Source of the DNA: Candidatus Caldarchaeum subterraneum
GTDB taxonomy: Archaea > Thermoproteota > Nitrososphaeria_A > Caldarchaeales > Caldarchaeaceae
Assembly: GCA_937934305.1 (NCBI GenBank)
Contig: CALHAG010000002.1
Coordinates: 142,192-206,191 of the forward strand
Length of the DNA: 64,000 nt
Direction: 5' to 3'
Shown here: positions 37,523 to 47,387 of the stretch, piece by piece
Layout of the letters: each line of letters starts with the position of its first letter
Numbering within the stretch: the stretch's first letter is position 1
Position numbers and translations under genes: made by a program
The notes under the pieces: generated by a model
Seen by the model: only the letters and a program-made list of their open reading frames with translations
Told to the model about the DNA's origin: nothing
Databases searched by the model: none

Positions 37523-38138
37523 TCACCACCTCCTCCACCATCACAACCTCTTTCCCGACTAAGGTATCCATGGATTTCTCCAGATATATGGTCAGGTATC
37601 TGCCGCTTCTGCTGGTTCTGAGGACGACCGCCGGGTCAAGAGTTTGACCAAAATGCCCCCTTAGCTGCCACGATGTGATAATCACTGTCGCGCCCTGCCC
37701 GGTCAGAGAGCGGATAAAGTGGTTGAAGACGGCGTGTTTCTCACGCGCGTAGCCCGGGTTCTCGAGGTATAGCAGGTGGAACGGGGCTGAGGCGCTGTCT
37801 ACAACCACGAGGACTAGAGGAGGGTTTAGGTAACGGAGCCTGCTGTTTATCTCTGCGAGCTTCTCTAGGAACGGGTTAACCTCGTGGCACTCGTAGTAAG
37901 CGACGCCCTTTGGAGGCGATGTAATCTTCGACTCCGTGTCGAGGTAGAAGACCACGCCTCCCCGAGAAGAAAACAGCTTAGAAGATGCTATGCAGATGCT
38001 TGTCTTGAGGCTCGCTGGAGGGCCGTAGACCACATTAACCCTTCCTACCGGCCAGCCCCCCGCGAGCAGGCTGTCTAGCCTCTCGACCCCCGTCGGTATC
38101 TTCATCTGAGGCAACCACAACAGCCTCTTCTTCGACAA
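37506..38138 (-). CDS. KaiC/RadB-like RecA-superfamily ATPase (single domain)
   Basis: RVNVVYGPPASLKTSICIASS is a Walker A. VVFYLDTES is the KaiC-like motif. 210 aa. Confidence 0.55.
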   Translation of the reverse strand: MSKKRLLWLPQMKIPTGVERLDSLLAGGWPVGRVNVVYGPPASLKTSICIASSKLFSSRGGVVFYLDTESKITSPPKGVAYYECHEVNPFLEKLAEINSRLRYLNPPLVLVVVDSASAPFHLLYLENPGYAREKHAVFNHFIRSLTGQGATVIITSWQLRGHFGQTLDPAVVLRTSRSGRYLTIYLEKSMDTLVGKEVVMVEEVVNAAAL

Positions 38139-39006
38139 GCCTCCGCCTCATCTCGTTCTCAAGCCGCGTAGGCTTAGCCCCCTGCGCCGGGACTAGGCCT
38201 CTATCGGTTAGGCGCATGTACAACCCTATGTTGTCAGGCTTTTCTCGATGAGCCTCGATGACGAAAAACCTGAGGTCGCCCTGTAGCCTCCAAATCCTCG
38301 CTATTACTTTAGCTATGTATCCAAGAAAACGGCCGCCGATGTAGTCTTCACCATAGGTCCCCAACACGATGTCCAAATCTCTGACGTCTATGAGGCCTTT
38401 TTTCGCAGCCTTCTCAAGCTCCCTGATTTGATGCTGCTCGAAAGCCTTCTTAGCCTTGGACGCGCTCCATGAGGTGAAAAGAACCGTGGCTCCGCTGTTT
38501 TTTGCATAGTTTAGCAAGGTCTTGGTCTGAAGCTCCAGCTTACCCATAAGCTCTCTGGCCACAGACCCCACATGCTCCGTTGGCGCGTTCATGACACGCT
38601 GGTGATAATGCCAAGCTATGGAATCGATAACAAACATTCCAACCTCCGCTTTTTTCACAAGCCCTCCCCATTCATCCATGACGATTTTATGCTGTTCAGA
38701 CAGCTCCCCGGCTTGATAGATAAGCACATTCGAGATGAGCCTGTGTATCAGCTCCTGCTTCACACCCATCGCCGCCGCTAGATTGTATAGCCTAAGCTGG
38801 CTGACGCCGCCTGACTCCGTATCCAGGTAAAGGATTTGCCGGCCTTCTTCAGCAACCTTCAACGCGGCCTGCATAGCGAAAGTGGTTTTACCGGCTTTCT
38901 GGCTGCCGTATATCAGGGCTAAGCCCGCCCGCGGCAGGCCATACATGAGCTCGTCCAGCTCAGGCACGCCGGTTGTCCTGTAGAAGCGGCGAATCATCTC
39001 CTCCAT
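38035..39006 (-). CDS. KaiC-like RecA-superfamily ATPase
   Basis: LALIYGSQKAGKTTFAMQAAL is a Walker A. QILYLDTESGG is present. Walker B-like is GMFVIDSIA. 323 aa. Confidence 0.6.
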   Translation of the reverse strand: MEEMIRRFYRTTGVPELDELMYGLPRAGLALIYGSQKAGKTTFAMQAALKVAEEGRQILYLDTESGGVSQLRLYNLAAAMGVKQELIHRLISNVLIYQAGELSEQHKIVMDEWGGLVKKAEVGMFVIDSIAWHYHQRVMNAPTEHVGSVARELMGKLELQTKTLLNYAKNSGATVLFTSWSASKAKKAFEQHQIRELEKAAKKGLIDVRDLDIVLGTYGEDYIGGRFLGYIAKVIARIWRLQGDLRFFVIEAHREKPDNIGLYMRLTDRGLVPAQGAKPTRLENEMRRRLVEEEAVVVASDEDTDGGREARQPARGGLAGRKG

Positions 39007-39007
39007 G

Positions 39008-40138
39008 TCATTCTTCCTCTGGTTTCCAAATGTCCTTGTTCGGGAAACCGCATTCCAAACATGCTACAGGAGCCCCGTGCGCCAACCCTCTCAGAACAGA
39101 GGAGCAGCTTGGGCATAGAAGCACCCGAACATTGTCAAGCGGCGGGTTGAGGTTTACGACTGGATAATAGGAGGGGAAGGGTGAGGTGTCCGCGGATATT
39201 AGCTTCATGAAGGCTCTCGGGTTTCTCGGGATGCTCAGGATTGCTTCAGGGCGTTTGAGCACTTCATGCAGATACGGTCCCTGCTTCACGGCTTTGAAGA
39301 GGTGCGGCCGCCAATCCAGCATCTTTACAGCTTCTTCGGGGCTCGGCAGCGGCTCACGCCGCTCCTCCACAGGCTGAGAACCGGTGTCTTGTTTCTTGTC
39401 TTCAGGCTTTGCTTTTAGACGCTTCACCGCTTGGAAAAACTTCGTGGCAGTTGTTTTCTTGACTCCGTTGACGAGGTGTTTTTCCTTAGACCGCCTATCC
39501 ACCACATGTATGCCCTCTTCTTCAAGCAGCTTTCTGGCGTCGAATCTCTCGACCATTGAGCGAACAGTTTCGAAAGGCAGGTTAAGCGATTCTGCCACTT
39601 TTCTCCATGAGCCGAGGAATTTATGGAGAGCGACTAGGCCTTCATAGAACTCCTCCTCGCTTAGAGGCAGTGTCTTGCCTTCGTCGCTTAATGCCCAGAG
39701 AAGGGCCTCCTTATCGCTTAAATCGAAAACATAGCAAGGTATCTCCTGTATCCCTGCTATGCGTGCGGCTTCGACACGGCGGGACCCTCTGACCACTCCA
39801 TATGTCCCATCTGGAAGCGGCCTGACGGCCACTGCTGAGACGAAGCCATGTTTAACTATGTCTTCCACCAACGGTTTCAGGTCACCAAGATTCTCTCTCG
39901 GGTTCATTGGGTCTTTCACTAGCTTGCTCAACGGCAGGGTTACGAGCTTAGGCTCGATTACCTGACCCATCATATTATTGCTCTTCGGAGGTATATTAAA
40001 GGAGTCTGGGCCATTTTCGGTCATCTCTCTCTCACCACCTCCAGTACACGGGCAGCCGTGGATTGACCAATTATTTTCGCCAAATGTTCGGTGGATATCC
40101 GGCGGAGGTCTTCCACCCTCCTGATACCAGCGTTCCAT
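39008..40138 (-). CDS. ParB-like nuclease-domain protein with a C-terminal zinc ribbon
   Basis: VRPLPDGTYGVVRGSRRVEAARIAG matches the ParB/Srx GxRRxxAA box. C-terminal CPSCSSVL...CLECGFPN. The likely true start is the ATG at 40024, which would give an ATGA overlap with the hel308 stop. Confidence 0.55.
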   Translation of the reverse strand: MERWYQEGGRPPPDIHRTFGENNWSIHGCPCTGGGEREMTENGPDSFNIPPKSNNMMGQVIEPKLVTLPLSKLVKDPMNPRENLGDLKPLVEDIVKHGFVSAVAVRPLPDGTYGVVRGSRRVEAARIAGIQEIPCYVFDLSDKEALLWALSDEGKTLPLSEEEFYEGLVALHKFLGSWRKVAESLNLPFETVRSMVERFDARKLLEEEGIHVVDRRSKEKHLVNGVKKTTATKFFQAVKRLKAKPEDKKQDTGSQPVEERREPLPSPEEAVKMLDWRPHLFKAVKQGPYLHEVLKRPEAILSIPRNPRAFMKLISADTSPFPSYYPVVNLNPPLDNVRVLLCPSCSSVLRGLAHGAPVACLECGFPNKDIWKPEEE

Positions 40139-42063
40139 AGAGCCCTGGCCCTGACCCTTCCTATGCCCGGCAGCGAGCAGAGCGGGAGCAGCTCCTCTCT
40201 CACGCCATGCTTGATTCTTTCAGACAATACTAGGAAGGTTTTAGATGCCTGTCGCCGGCCGACCATGGCCGCAAGCTCCGAAGCAGCCTGAGCTATCCAA
40301 GAACCTGATTCGCTGAGGACATATATGTCCCCCGGAGCTGCTCCGAACCGGCTCTCTATAGTGGACTCCCCCATCTCCTCCACCCATGCCTTGAGGACAC
40401 TGGCTTTGGCGATGGCTGGGCCGTCGAAGTCTCCGTAGTCCCTGAACCAGTCGAGGGCAGGCTGTATATGGGATAGAAGCTCGATGTCGGGTGTGGAGCA
40501 GATGGTCAGGAGCGCAACGTCGTCAGCCTTCGGACCTGCTTTCTCAACATCCTCAAGCCTCGAAAGGATTATACGGGCCGACAGTGGGTCGATGTAGAGG
40601 TCCGCAACCCTCTTACCCAGCCTCGTCGCCCTCCATCCTCCGCCATCATGTTTTATGAACTTGGCCGCTTCGAGGTAAGACAATGCGCTGTCAACCTTTT
40701 CCATCAAGCCGCTATCCTGCCGCGACGCCAAGGTTTTCTCGAAGAAAGCCACAAGCTCATTATGGTCTGAGAAACCGCTTGATACAAGCCCCAGCGTATG
40801 AAACCTGAGCCTCCTCTGGTCGGAGAGCCTGCTTACAATCGGCTCAAGCTGCCCATGAACATATCTCCTCATCATCTCATTCCTCTGCCTAGAATTCTTC
40901 GCAATAATCACAGCCAGCCCCTCTTTATCGAAGCCAGGCCTCCCAGCTCGGCCGCATAACTGCTTATACTCCATCACGGACATATCTTCCCCACCTCGTT
41001 TGACATCGGGTATTATGACGGCTCGCGCAGGCAGGTTGACTCCGGCGGCCAGCGTAGGCGTCGCGACTATTGCCTTCAGCAACCCCGCACGGAAAGCATC
41101 CTCAACAGCTTTCCGCTGATGCGGATACAGCCCGGCGTGATGGAAGGCTGTGCCACGTCTAATGTATCTGGCTAGACGCGTGGAGCAGTCTCCCCCATCG
41201 TATACTGTTTCAGCCAAAGCCGAGAGCTGAGCAGCCTCTCCCCCAACTACTCTAAGGGCCGAGGCGAGGTCGTCAGCAATTCCTTCAGCGGCCCTTCTAC
41301 TAGAAGCGAATACCAGCACCTGCCCACCGATTGATACAATGTTTAGGACAAGGTTCTTCACCGGGTCGCTGCTCAGCCTAGGCAGCCTCTCGGATGAGCC
41401 GTCGGAGAAGAATAGCTCGTCCCTGTCTTGCTGATACACGGCTTCTCGGAGGGGCACGGGCCTCCAGCTCGAGGAAACTATGTCGGCGCCAGTATACTCA
41501 GCCAGGTCCTCGACGTTTCTAATGGTCGCGCTCAGCAAAAGAAACTGGGCATTCGGAAGCTCGGTTAACAAACGTGTTATAAGCACTTCAAGGGTTGAGC
41601 CTCTTTCCTCAGCCGCCAACATGTGTACCTCGTCTACCACAACAAGTGAAGTGGATTTGACCCATGAGGCGCTGTGCCTCAGCATGCTGTCCATCTTCTC
41701 ATTTGTCGAGACCACGATGTCGTAGCCTCTAAGCCACTCCTCAGGCTGGTCATAGTCCCTGCTGACGGCGGCCACCTTGTATCTATCGCCGAAAAGCTCC
41801 TCGAAAAACTGCTTCTTCTCACTGGTTATGGCTCTCAGAGGAGAAAGGTAAACCACTCTGCCTCCCCTATCCAAATGCTTGGACGCAGCCAAAGCAGCTA
41901 GAAGAGTTTTGCCGCTCGCCGTCGGAGTGGCCACCAGCAGGTTGCGGCCGTCCAGCAACCCTTTGGAAACGGCTTCAGCCTGAGGCGGGTACAGAGCCTC
42001 GACACCTATGCCCCGCAGCTTATCCACCAAGTAAGAAGGTATGGGGAGCTGGTTCACCATCAC
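40021..42063 (-). CDS. hel308: Hel308/Hjm-family Ski2-like DNA helicase
   Basis: Motif I is LLVATPTASGKTL. Motif II is VVDEVHMLAAEERGSTLEVLITRL. Motif III is LLSATIRNVEDLAEY. Motif VI is QLCGRAGRPGFDKEG. C-terminal HhH LPGIGRVRARALWNAGIRRVEDL. N-terminal ...RGIGVEALYPPQAEA is Hel308-typical. Confidence 0.85.
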   Translation of the reverse strand: MMVNQLPIPSYLVDKLRGIGVEALYPPQAEAVSKGLLDGRNLLVATPTASGKTLLAALAASKHLDRGGRVVYLSPLRAITSEKKQFFEELFGDRYKVAAVSRDYDQPEEWLRGYDIVVSTNEKMDSMLRHSASWVKSTSLVVVDEVHMLAAEERGSTLEVLITRLLTELPNAQFLLLSATIRNVEDLAEYTGADIVSSSWRPVPLREAVYQQDRDELFFSDGSSERLPRLSSDPVKNLVLNIVSIGGQVLVFASSRRAAEGIADDLASALRVVGGEAAQLSALAETVYDGGDCSTRLARYIRRGTAFHHAGLYPHQRKAVEDAFRAGLLKAIVATPTLAAGVNLPARAVIIPDVKRGGEDMSVMEYKQLCGRAGRPGFDKEGLAVIIAKNSRQRNEMMRRYVHGQLEPIVSRLSDQRRLRFHTLGLVSSGFSDHNELVAFFEKTLASRQDSGLMEKVDSALSYLEAAKFIKHDGGGWRATRLGKRVADLYIDPLSARIILSRLEDVEKAGPKADDVALLTICSTPDIELLSHIQPALDWFRDYGDFDGPAIAKASVLKAWVEEMGESTIESRFGAAPGDIYVLSESGSWIAQAASELAAMVGRRQASKTFLVLSERIKHGVREELLPLCSLPGIGRVRARALWNAGIRRVEDLRRISTEHLAKIIGQSTAARVLEVVRER

Positions 42064-42674
42064 TCGGCGACCACCTCAGGCCTTGACCAACCCAGCTCCG
42101 GAAGCTCCATGACCTCAACCATCCTAGCGTCTACGCTTTCGCCGGGCAGGAAGGAGAGGACCTTGGCGTAGAGGTTGCCCAGCATATCTCTAGAAAGGGA
42201 CACCACCTCTCCGACGTAGTAGGTTCTGCCGCCGCATTCAAGCTTTTTACCAGCGACGCTACATGGCCCAACCAAGGATTCATGGCTGTATGGATCCCTC
42301 CAGAAGACAACGGGCCTACCGGTTTCCCCACATCCAAGGCATGAATAGTCTTTCTGCAGAGATGTTTCTAGAACGGCTCCGCACTCTCTACATTTCATGG
42401 CCCAGAGACAGGGTAGGCGCCGGAAGATGCTGGGTTTTCCGCGGAAATGCTTAACCAGGTCATATTCCCTGCTGTTGATGAGAAGCCATAAAGAGCCTTC
42501 CCTGTCGATGTAGACGCGTTCCAGCTCGGGTAACGGAAGCCCGAGAGCGGGCTGGATACCGTGGGACGCCAGCTTCTCCCTGATTTTCTTATTGTGGACA
42601 ATAAAGTCCACGTACCGGTCTCTGTATATCCATGACGTGAAAGGCCCCACCATGAACCTGCCCAGCCTAGCCAT
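42060..42674 (-). CDS. Zinc-ribbon hypothetical protein, coupled to hel308
   Basis: CRECGAVL...CLGCGETG. Its stop overlaps the hel308 start. Confidence 0.35.
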   Translation of the reverse strand: MARLGRFMVGPFTSWIYRDRYVDFIVHNKKIREKLASHGIQPALGLPLPELERVYIDREGSLWLLINSREYDLVKHFRGKPSIFRRLPCLWAMKCRECGAVLETSLQKDYSCLGCGETGRPVVFWRDPYSHESLVGPCSVAGKKLECGGRTYYVGEVVSLSRDMLGNLYAKVLSFLPGESVDARMVEVMELPELGWSRPEVVAE

Positions 42675-44901
42675 CGCCGCTCACCTCTTCCGACAAATTC
42701 TGGTCAGCAAGCGTCTCCGAGAAGACCGCCACACGCTCGGCCAAGCTGATTAACAGCTCCGCCGCATCAGCCATCCTCTTCCTATCCTCCTCGGAGACCG
42801 GCTGGCCGTCCGCAACCTGTTTAGAGAGCCTCTTCGCCTCAATGTTTGCAGCATATAGTTTCCTAGCCTCTTCCTCAGATATCTTGAGAACACCTCTTTC
42901 AGCCGCTTTGGCTGCGAGGTCGGGTAAATGCCCCTTCTCCTCTCCGAGAAGCTTCTTGAGAGAGGTGACGGCGGCCTTGTACGCTATGCCAACAGCGGCT
43001 AGGCTATCGCCTCTGAGCAGGTGTTTCCTAGCCCTCGCCACAAGCGTGTCAACATCATGTATCTCGCGGGGTTTGCGCTGCTGCGTGTAGGAGCCGAGGC
43101 CCGTCTGCAAAGCGATGGCGGGCTGCGCCGAGCTCCCGCCAGCCTCGTCACTTGTTTTCTCCTCCCTCGACTTCGACTCCCAGTCCTTGAGGGCCTGCTC
43201 GCCCAGAGCCGTTAAACCCAGCACGCCGCCGGGGTCCACCATGAGGTATTGTTTCTCGAGAAGCATTTTCAAAGCCTTCCCAGCCTCGGGAAACAATTGG
43301 GAGACCGAGTCCGAGGTGGGTGACTGCAGCCTCTTCACCGTTCGAAGCAGGCTGTAGCAATGCTCGGCATAGTCTGCGAAATCGGCGTAGAGAAGCGTGT
43401 CGCGATAGGCTCCGAGCAGCTCCTCCCTTAGAAGCGATATTTTTCTCTCGGCCTCGGCTTCTAGAGCCTTCAGGTCGCATACAGGGGACTGGAGAAGCTC
43501 TCCCTCGAAAAGGTAGCTGCGGCCATCCGGTGTAGCCCGTGTATAGACCAGGGCGTATCCAACCGGTATAGACGAGGGGTTGACCTCGACACCTATTCTC
43601 TCCGACAGCTCCCTTCTAACATGGGACGGGCCTCTCGTGACAATATATGTCCCAGCCAAGTCGAGAAGCTCGGGAGCAAGCAACCCGGTGCTGCTGGATA
43701 TCACGAATCCTCCACAGCCCCTAAGCCTCTCCACCGTCTTCAGAGTCCTCAGCCACACATGCCTAGCATCGTATGGCAGAAGCTGCAGCTCCGGTAGGCC
43801 CAGCTCAGCGCTGTCAAAAACTATGACACAGCCTTGGAAGAGGCGGGGAGCATCGTAGAGCAGGTACATGCCTATGAAGAGCTGGCTGGCTTGGCTGAGG
43901 TTTCGAAGGTCTATCACCAACTGCTGCCAATCGCCTGCGAAGAGCTTGTCAGGCTCCGGATAGCCCTCTCCAAAGAACTGCGTCAACATGCCGAGTGCGT
44001 CTTTCAGCCTAGCCGAGCCCGTGGGCCCATACTCGGCGACAAGCTTGTCTACGTCGTCGGGCAACACCCTTGAGCCTCTAAACTTCTCCAGAAACCGTAT
44101 CACCATCCCAGCCTCAGCCGTGTCAAGCCCAGCGGCCACGGCAAGGGGCACAGCGATGTTCTCGGCCCAGCGCCTCAGACCGAACTTGTCGGAGGAAGAG
44201 GGCTTGAGAACATTGATGGAGGTTTTTCCAAGCGGTACATAATGTGTCTTGGCATGTGATGCAGCCATGTATGGTGAGCCTATCACCACCACTCTCCGGC
44301 CAAGTTTCAGCATCGCGTCGACGAGAACCCGGGCGGCGGGTATCGAGGCTTCGCCGAACACTATTACGCCGCTGTCGAACGCCTGTCTGTATATACAGCC
44401 TCTCGAGCGGCCAAACCATCCACCGGGCCTAGACACTATGCATACATCAGCTTTCTTGGGGGAATCCTGTATAACCTGGCTACCCTGCTTAGACACCACA
44501 GGGGATGGTTTAGAGCCTTTCCCCACCGCTATGCTGCGTGTGGCTGTGACAGGGGCGCTTGTTTTTGTAAAGCTTTTCACAGCCAATAAGCCTGCCAAGC
44601 CGCCTATGAGGAAGGCTAGCAACATGCCTGCAGCGGGTCCAGCGATTAGAGAGGCTCCTGTTACAAGCAAAGCCGCCAGCGACAGCGCGGCGAACGGCGC
44701 AATGAATCTCCTGAAAAAGCCTGTAAATGTTCTGACGCCGGAGAAGATAACCCATCCCCCGGGCAGCAATATGGTGACGACAACCAGAAGCAGTAGGGCG
44801 ACTATGCCTATTAGCGCGAGCTGTGCGAGAATCGGCTGGACAACCATGAAGCCTAGGCCGCCAAGTATGAAGGCGAGGATATCTCTAGAATTCATGCCCA
44901 A
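42667..44901 (-). CDS. Membrane-anchored P-loop NTPase-like protein with a degenerate Walker A (putative inactive HerA/VirD4-like paralog)
   Basis: Three N-terminal TM helices. A P-loop-like VVVIGSPYMAASHAKT lacks the GK[ST] lysine context. Walker B-like is CVIVFDSAELG. 744 aa. Confidence 0.4.
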   Translation of the reverse strand: MGMNSRDILAFILGGLGFMVVQPILAQLALIGIVALLLLVVVTILLPGGWVIFSGVRTFTGFFRRFIAPFAALSLAALLVTGASLIAGPAAGMLLAFLIGGLAGLLAVKSFTKTSAPVTATRSIAVGKGSKPSPVVSKQGSQVIQDSPKKADVCIVSRPGGWFGRSRGCIYRQAFDSGVIVFGEASIPAARVLVDAMLKLGRRVVVIGSPYMAASHAKTHYVPLGKTSINVLKPSSSDKFGLRRWAENIAVPLAVAAGLDTAEAGMVIRFLEKFRGSRVLPDDVDKLVAEYGPTGSARLKDALGMLTQFFGEGYPEPDKLFAGDWQQLVIDLRNLSQASQLFIGMYLLYDAPRLFQGCVIVFDSAELGLPELQLLPYDARHVWLRTLKTVERLRGCGGFVISSSTGLLAPELLDLAGTYIVTRGPSHVRRELSERIGVEVNPSSIPVGYALVYTRATPDGRSYLFEGELLQSPVCDLKALEAEAERKISLLREELLGAYRDTLLYADFADYAEHCYSLLRTVKRLQSPTSDSVSQLFPEAGKALKMLLEKQYLMVDPGGVLGLTALGEQALKDWESKSREEKTSDEAGGSSAQPAIALQTGLGSYTQQRKPREIHDVDTLVARARKHLLRGDSLAAVGIAYKAAVTSLKKLLGEEKGHLPDLAAKAAERGVLKISEEEARKLYAANIEAKRLSKQVADGQPVSEEDRKRMADAAELLISLAERVAVFSETLADQNLSEEVSGDG

Positions 44902-45232
44902 TCCTCCTCGGCTCCCTCCTCTTTCTCCGCCTAGCTAGGGCAAGCATGCTGGCAAACAGGGTGGCTAAGGGCAAAGTGACCACGAGCATCGAAGGGTTGA
45001 CAACAGCCGTAGCCATCGCCGTGAAGACGATGATGTAGAAAACAGACTTGGCCGATAGAATCCCTTTGCCAACCTCGTCAGCACCCTGCTCTTCTCCATG
45101 TTTCCTCCGTGGAGGAGCTCTTGTCTGGGCTTCATGATAATCAGGCTCATATGCCGGCGGCTGCGATGCCATGCTCTCGTAAATCCTCTGGTTGATAATG
45201 TATTCATCCAAATAGCTGTCATCAGATGACAT
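44885..45232 (-). CDS. Small membrane protein, hypothetical
   Basis: 115 aa with one central TM (VFYIIVFTAMATAVV). Overlaps both neighbours by 11-17 nt. Confidence 0.3.
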   Translation of the reverse strand: MSSDDSYLDEYIINQRIYESMASQPPAYEPDYHEAQTRAPPRRKHGEEQGADEVGKGILSAKSVFYIIVFTAMATAVVNPSMLVVTLPLATLFASMLALARRRKRREPRRIGHEF

Positions 45233-47387
45233 ATTGCTTCATCTCCTCGAAATGCTTCAGCAATAGAATTCCGGGAATAGTCTTCTTATACCTCGTTCCA
45301 TCCATCCAAACTAGGCCATACTTGATGTAGTCATGAATGGAGGACTTGTCTTTCCAATTGCGGCAGAACCTGACAGCCACCGATGTGGGCAGTTTTCTAA
45401 GAATCTCGGCAGCCTCCTTGTTGATGGTTCTCTTTATCGCTAACTCTTTAGCGGCTATAACGTTGGACAGAAGCTCAAACTCCTCCGGGTCAAATTCTTG
45501 TGTATCGGTTTTTCTAGTCTCCTGCTTCTCTTCTACAGGTTCTTCTCCCGTGTTCGTTGCCTTGACTAAAGTCCTCTCCTTTGTCTCCTTTTCCTGTTTC
45601 TTCTTTTCAACATGTTTTCCGAGACAGCGACCATCGCTGGTCAGCACTCTGCCGCATTCGCTGCATGGCTTCGGCAGCCCGGGAGCCTTGTCTCCGCCAA
45701 GTTTCTCCCTCCGCATTTTGAAGATATAGCCATCCACGATGATTCTGGCCGGGTCTTGCCGGGACAGTGTCCTTATCCTCGCCGGCGTGACGAACCTGAT
45801 GTATGCCTCGCCTATCCCCAGCTCTGTTATCACGCGTCTGATGCTCTCGGGCGAGGTTTGGGAAAGAACCCACACATCCTCTGGAGAGGAGGTGTTGAAC
45901 ACGACCCACCGGTAGCAGGACTGTCTAATTCCGTCGGCTATGTCCGACAGCCTCTGCGTGACAAGAATCAACGCGACGGCGTAGCTTCTAGCGGTTCTGG
46001 CTATGTCTTCGAGCTTGCTACGGCTCCCCGAGTCCCTGCCGCCTCTGAGCTGGATAGGCTTGGTGACTAGGTACGCCTCGTCTATGACGACCACGACAGG
46101 CTTTTCTCTAGTGAAAGCCAGCGGCCCACGTTTCAGCATCATCTTGGCAAGCTTCCTAAGCAGGAACTCTAGGACTATTGCTCTGGTTTTCTCGTTCACA
46201 TCAGCCATGTTGAGCACCACGAGAGAGGGGCCATCCGCCGCAAACAATGGGCTATAGAGGTCGGAGACGCCGTAGGCATCTGTTTTAAAGACCGTCTTCA
46301 GGTCATACATCTTGTCGTAGATGCCTTCTATGGCGTCTTTGGTCTGCGGCCCATACTTCAGCTTCCCCTCCATTATTTCCCTCTCCACCTTCTCCAGTTT
46401 ATCCATCAGGTTTTCATACGTCAACTCGATGTTGGCGTGGCGCAGCTCGGCGTAGGCCACTCTGATGAAGTGAGCCTGCTTAGAGCCAACCTCCTCCAGA
46501 ACAGATATGCTGTCCATGAGGTCCTCAACCATCTGAGGCTCCGTCTCCCCCTCAAGGGCCTTGAACGGGTCTATGCCCGTGTGTGAGACCATGTAAATAG
46601 CCGCTCTCCCGTCGTCCACGTATCCGAGCTTGTAAAACGCTTCGGTGAAGTCGCCTTTGACATCGAAGAGCAAAACCTTGTAGCTCCCCATTAGCTGGGT
46701 GACTAGGCTAAACACTGTAGTTGTCTTGCCCGCCCCGCTCGCGCCAGCTATTATCATGTGCGGGTTGAACTCCCGCTCGCTCACGACCGGGGAATACCTC
46801 AGCTCTATGTTTCCGGGAATGGTGCGTACGAGGATATGGGTCTTGAGCTGAGCATCTTCATTGGTTTCGCGGTAGGGCTGCTCAACCATTCTCACGCTTT
46901 TGGAGACGGTGCCGAGGACGGCTGAGGACTCCTTGTTACCGGTTTCGACGTCTCTTCTAACCCTTCTGATTGTTGATGCCTGCTCAGCCACCGCGACTAT
47001 CGACGCTATGGTCGTCACCATCGGTATCGAGGGGAGGTTGGCTAGGACGATTGTGAAGGCTTTATGATATTCGAGCTGGGCGAAAACGGCTGCGATAACT
47101 AGGTCCAGCACAAGGCTTAGTATGAAGTAGTAGGCGCCCAAGCTCTTGGCGGCATACGCTATCGGAGCCGCGATGGAGGCGGGTCCCGAGCCTATCGGCC
47201 CCCAAGCCATCAAAGCCAGCATGATGGCGAAAAACACTCTGCCGACAATGAGTGCGCGAAGGCTCTTGACGGGCTTTATCTCAGGCGCGTTGCCTTCCCT
47301 AACCATGTAAAGGAATATGAAGGCTAGGATGTAGTTTAGGGCAAGGGCCGATGCTCCTAGGAAAGTTATCTCCATGTCACCATACAC
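45222..47387 (-). CDS. Membrane-anchored HerA/FtsK/VirD4-like P-loop ATPase with a C-terminal zinc ribbon
   Basis: N-terminal ~150-aa polytopic region. Walker A is MIIAGASGAGKTTTVFSL. Walker B is PVVVVIDEAYLV. C-terminal CSECGRVLTSDGRC. Confidence 0.6.
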   Translation of the reverse strand: MYGDMEITFLGASALALNYILAFIFLYMVREGNAPEIKPVKSLRALIVGRVFFAIMLALMAWGPIGSGPASIAAPIAYAAKSLGAYYFILSLVLDLVIAAVFAQLEYHKAFTIVLANLPSIPMVTTIASIVAVAEQASTIRRVRRDVETGNKESSAVLGTVSKSVRMVEQPYRETNEDAQLKTHILVRTIPGNIELRYSPVVSEREFNPHMIIAGASGAGKTTTVFSLVTQLMGSYKVLLFDVKGDFTEAFYKLGYVDDGRAAIYMVSHTGIDPFKALEGETEPQMVEDLMDSISVLEEVGSKQAHFIRVAYAELRHANIELTYENLMDKLEKVEREIMEGKLKYGPQTKDAIEGIYDKMYDLKTVFKTDAYGVSDLYSPLFAADGPSLVVLNMADVNEKTRAIVLEFLLRKLAKMMLKRGPLAFTREKPVVVVIDEAYLVTKPIQLRGGRDSGSRSKLEDIARTARSYAVALILVTQRLSDIADGIRQSCYRWVVFNTSSPEDVWVLSQTSPESIRRVITELGIGEAYIRFVTPARIRTLSRQDPARIIVDGYIFKMRREKLGGDKAPGLPKPCSECGRVLTSDGRCLGKHVEKKKQEKETKERTLVKATNTGEEPVEEKQETRKTDTQEFDPEEFELLSNVIAAKELAIKRTINKEAAEILRKLPTSVAVRFCRNWKDKSSIHDYIKYGLVWMDGTRYKKTIPGILLLKHFEEMKQYVI

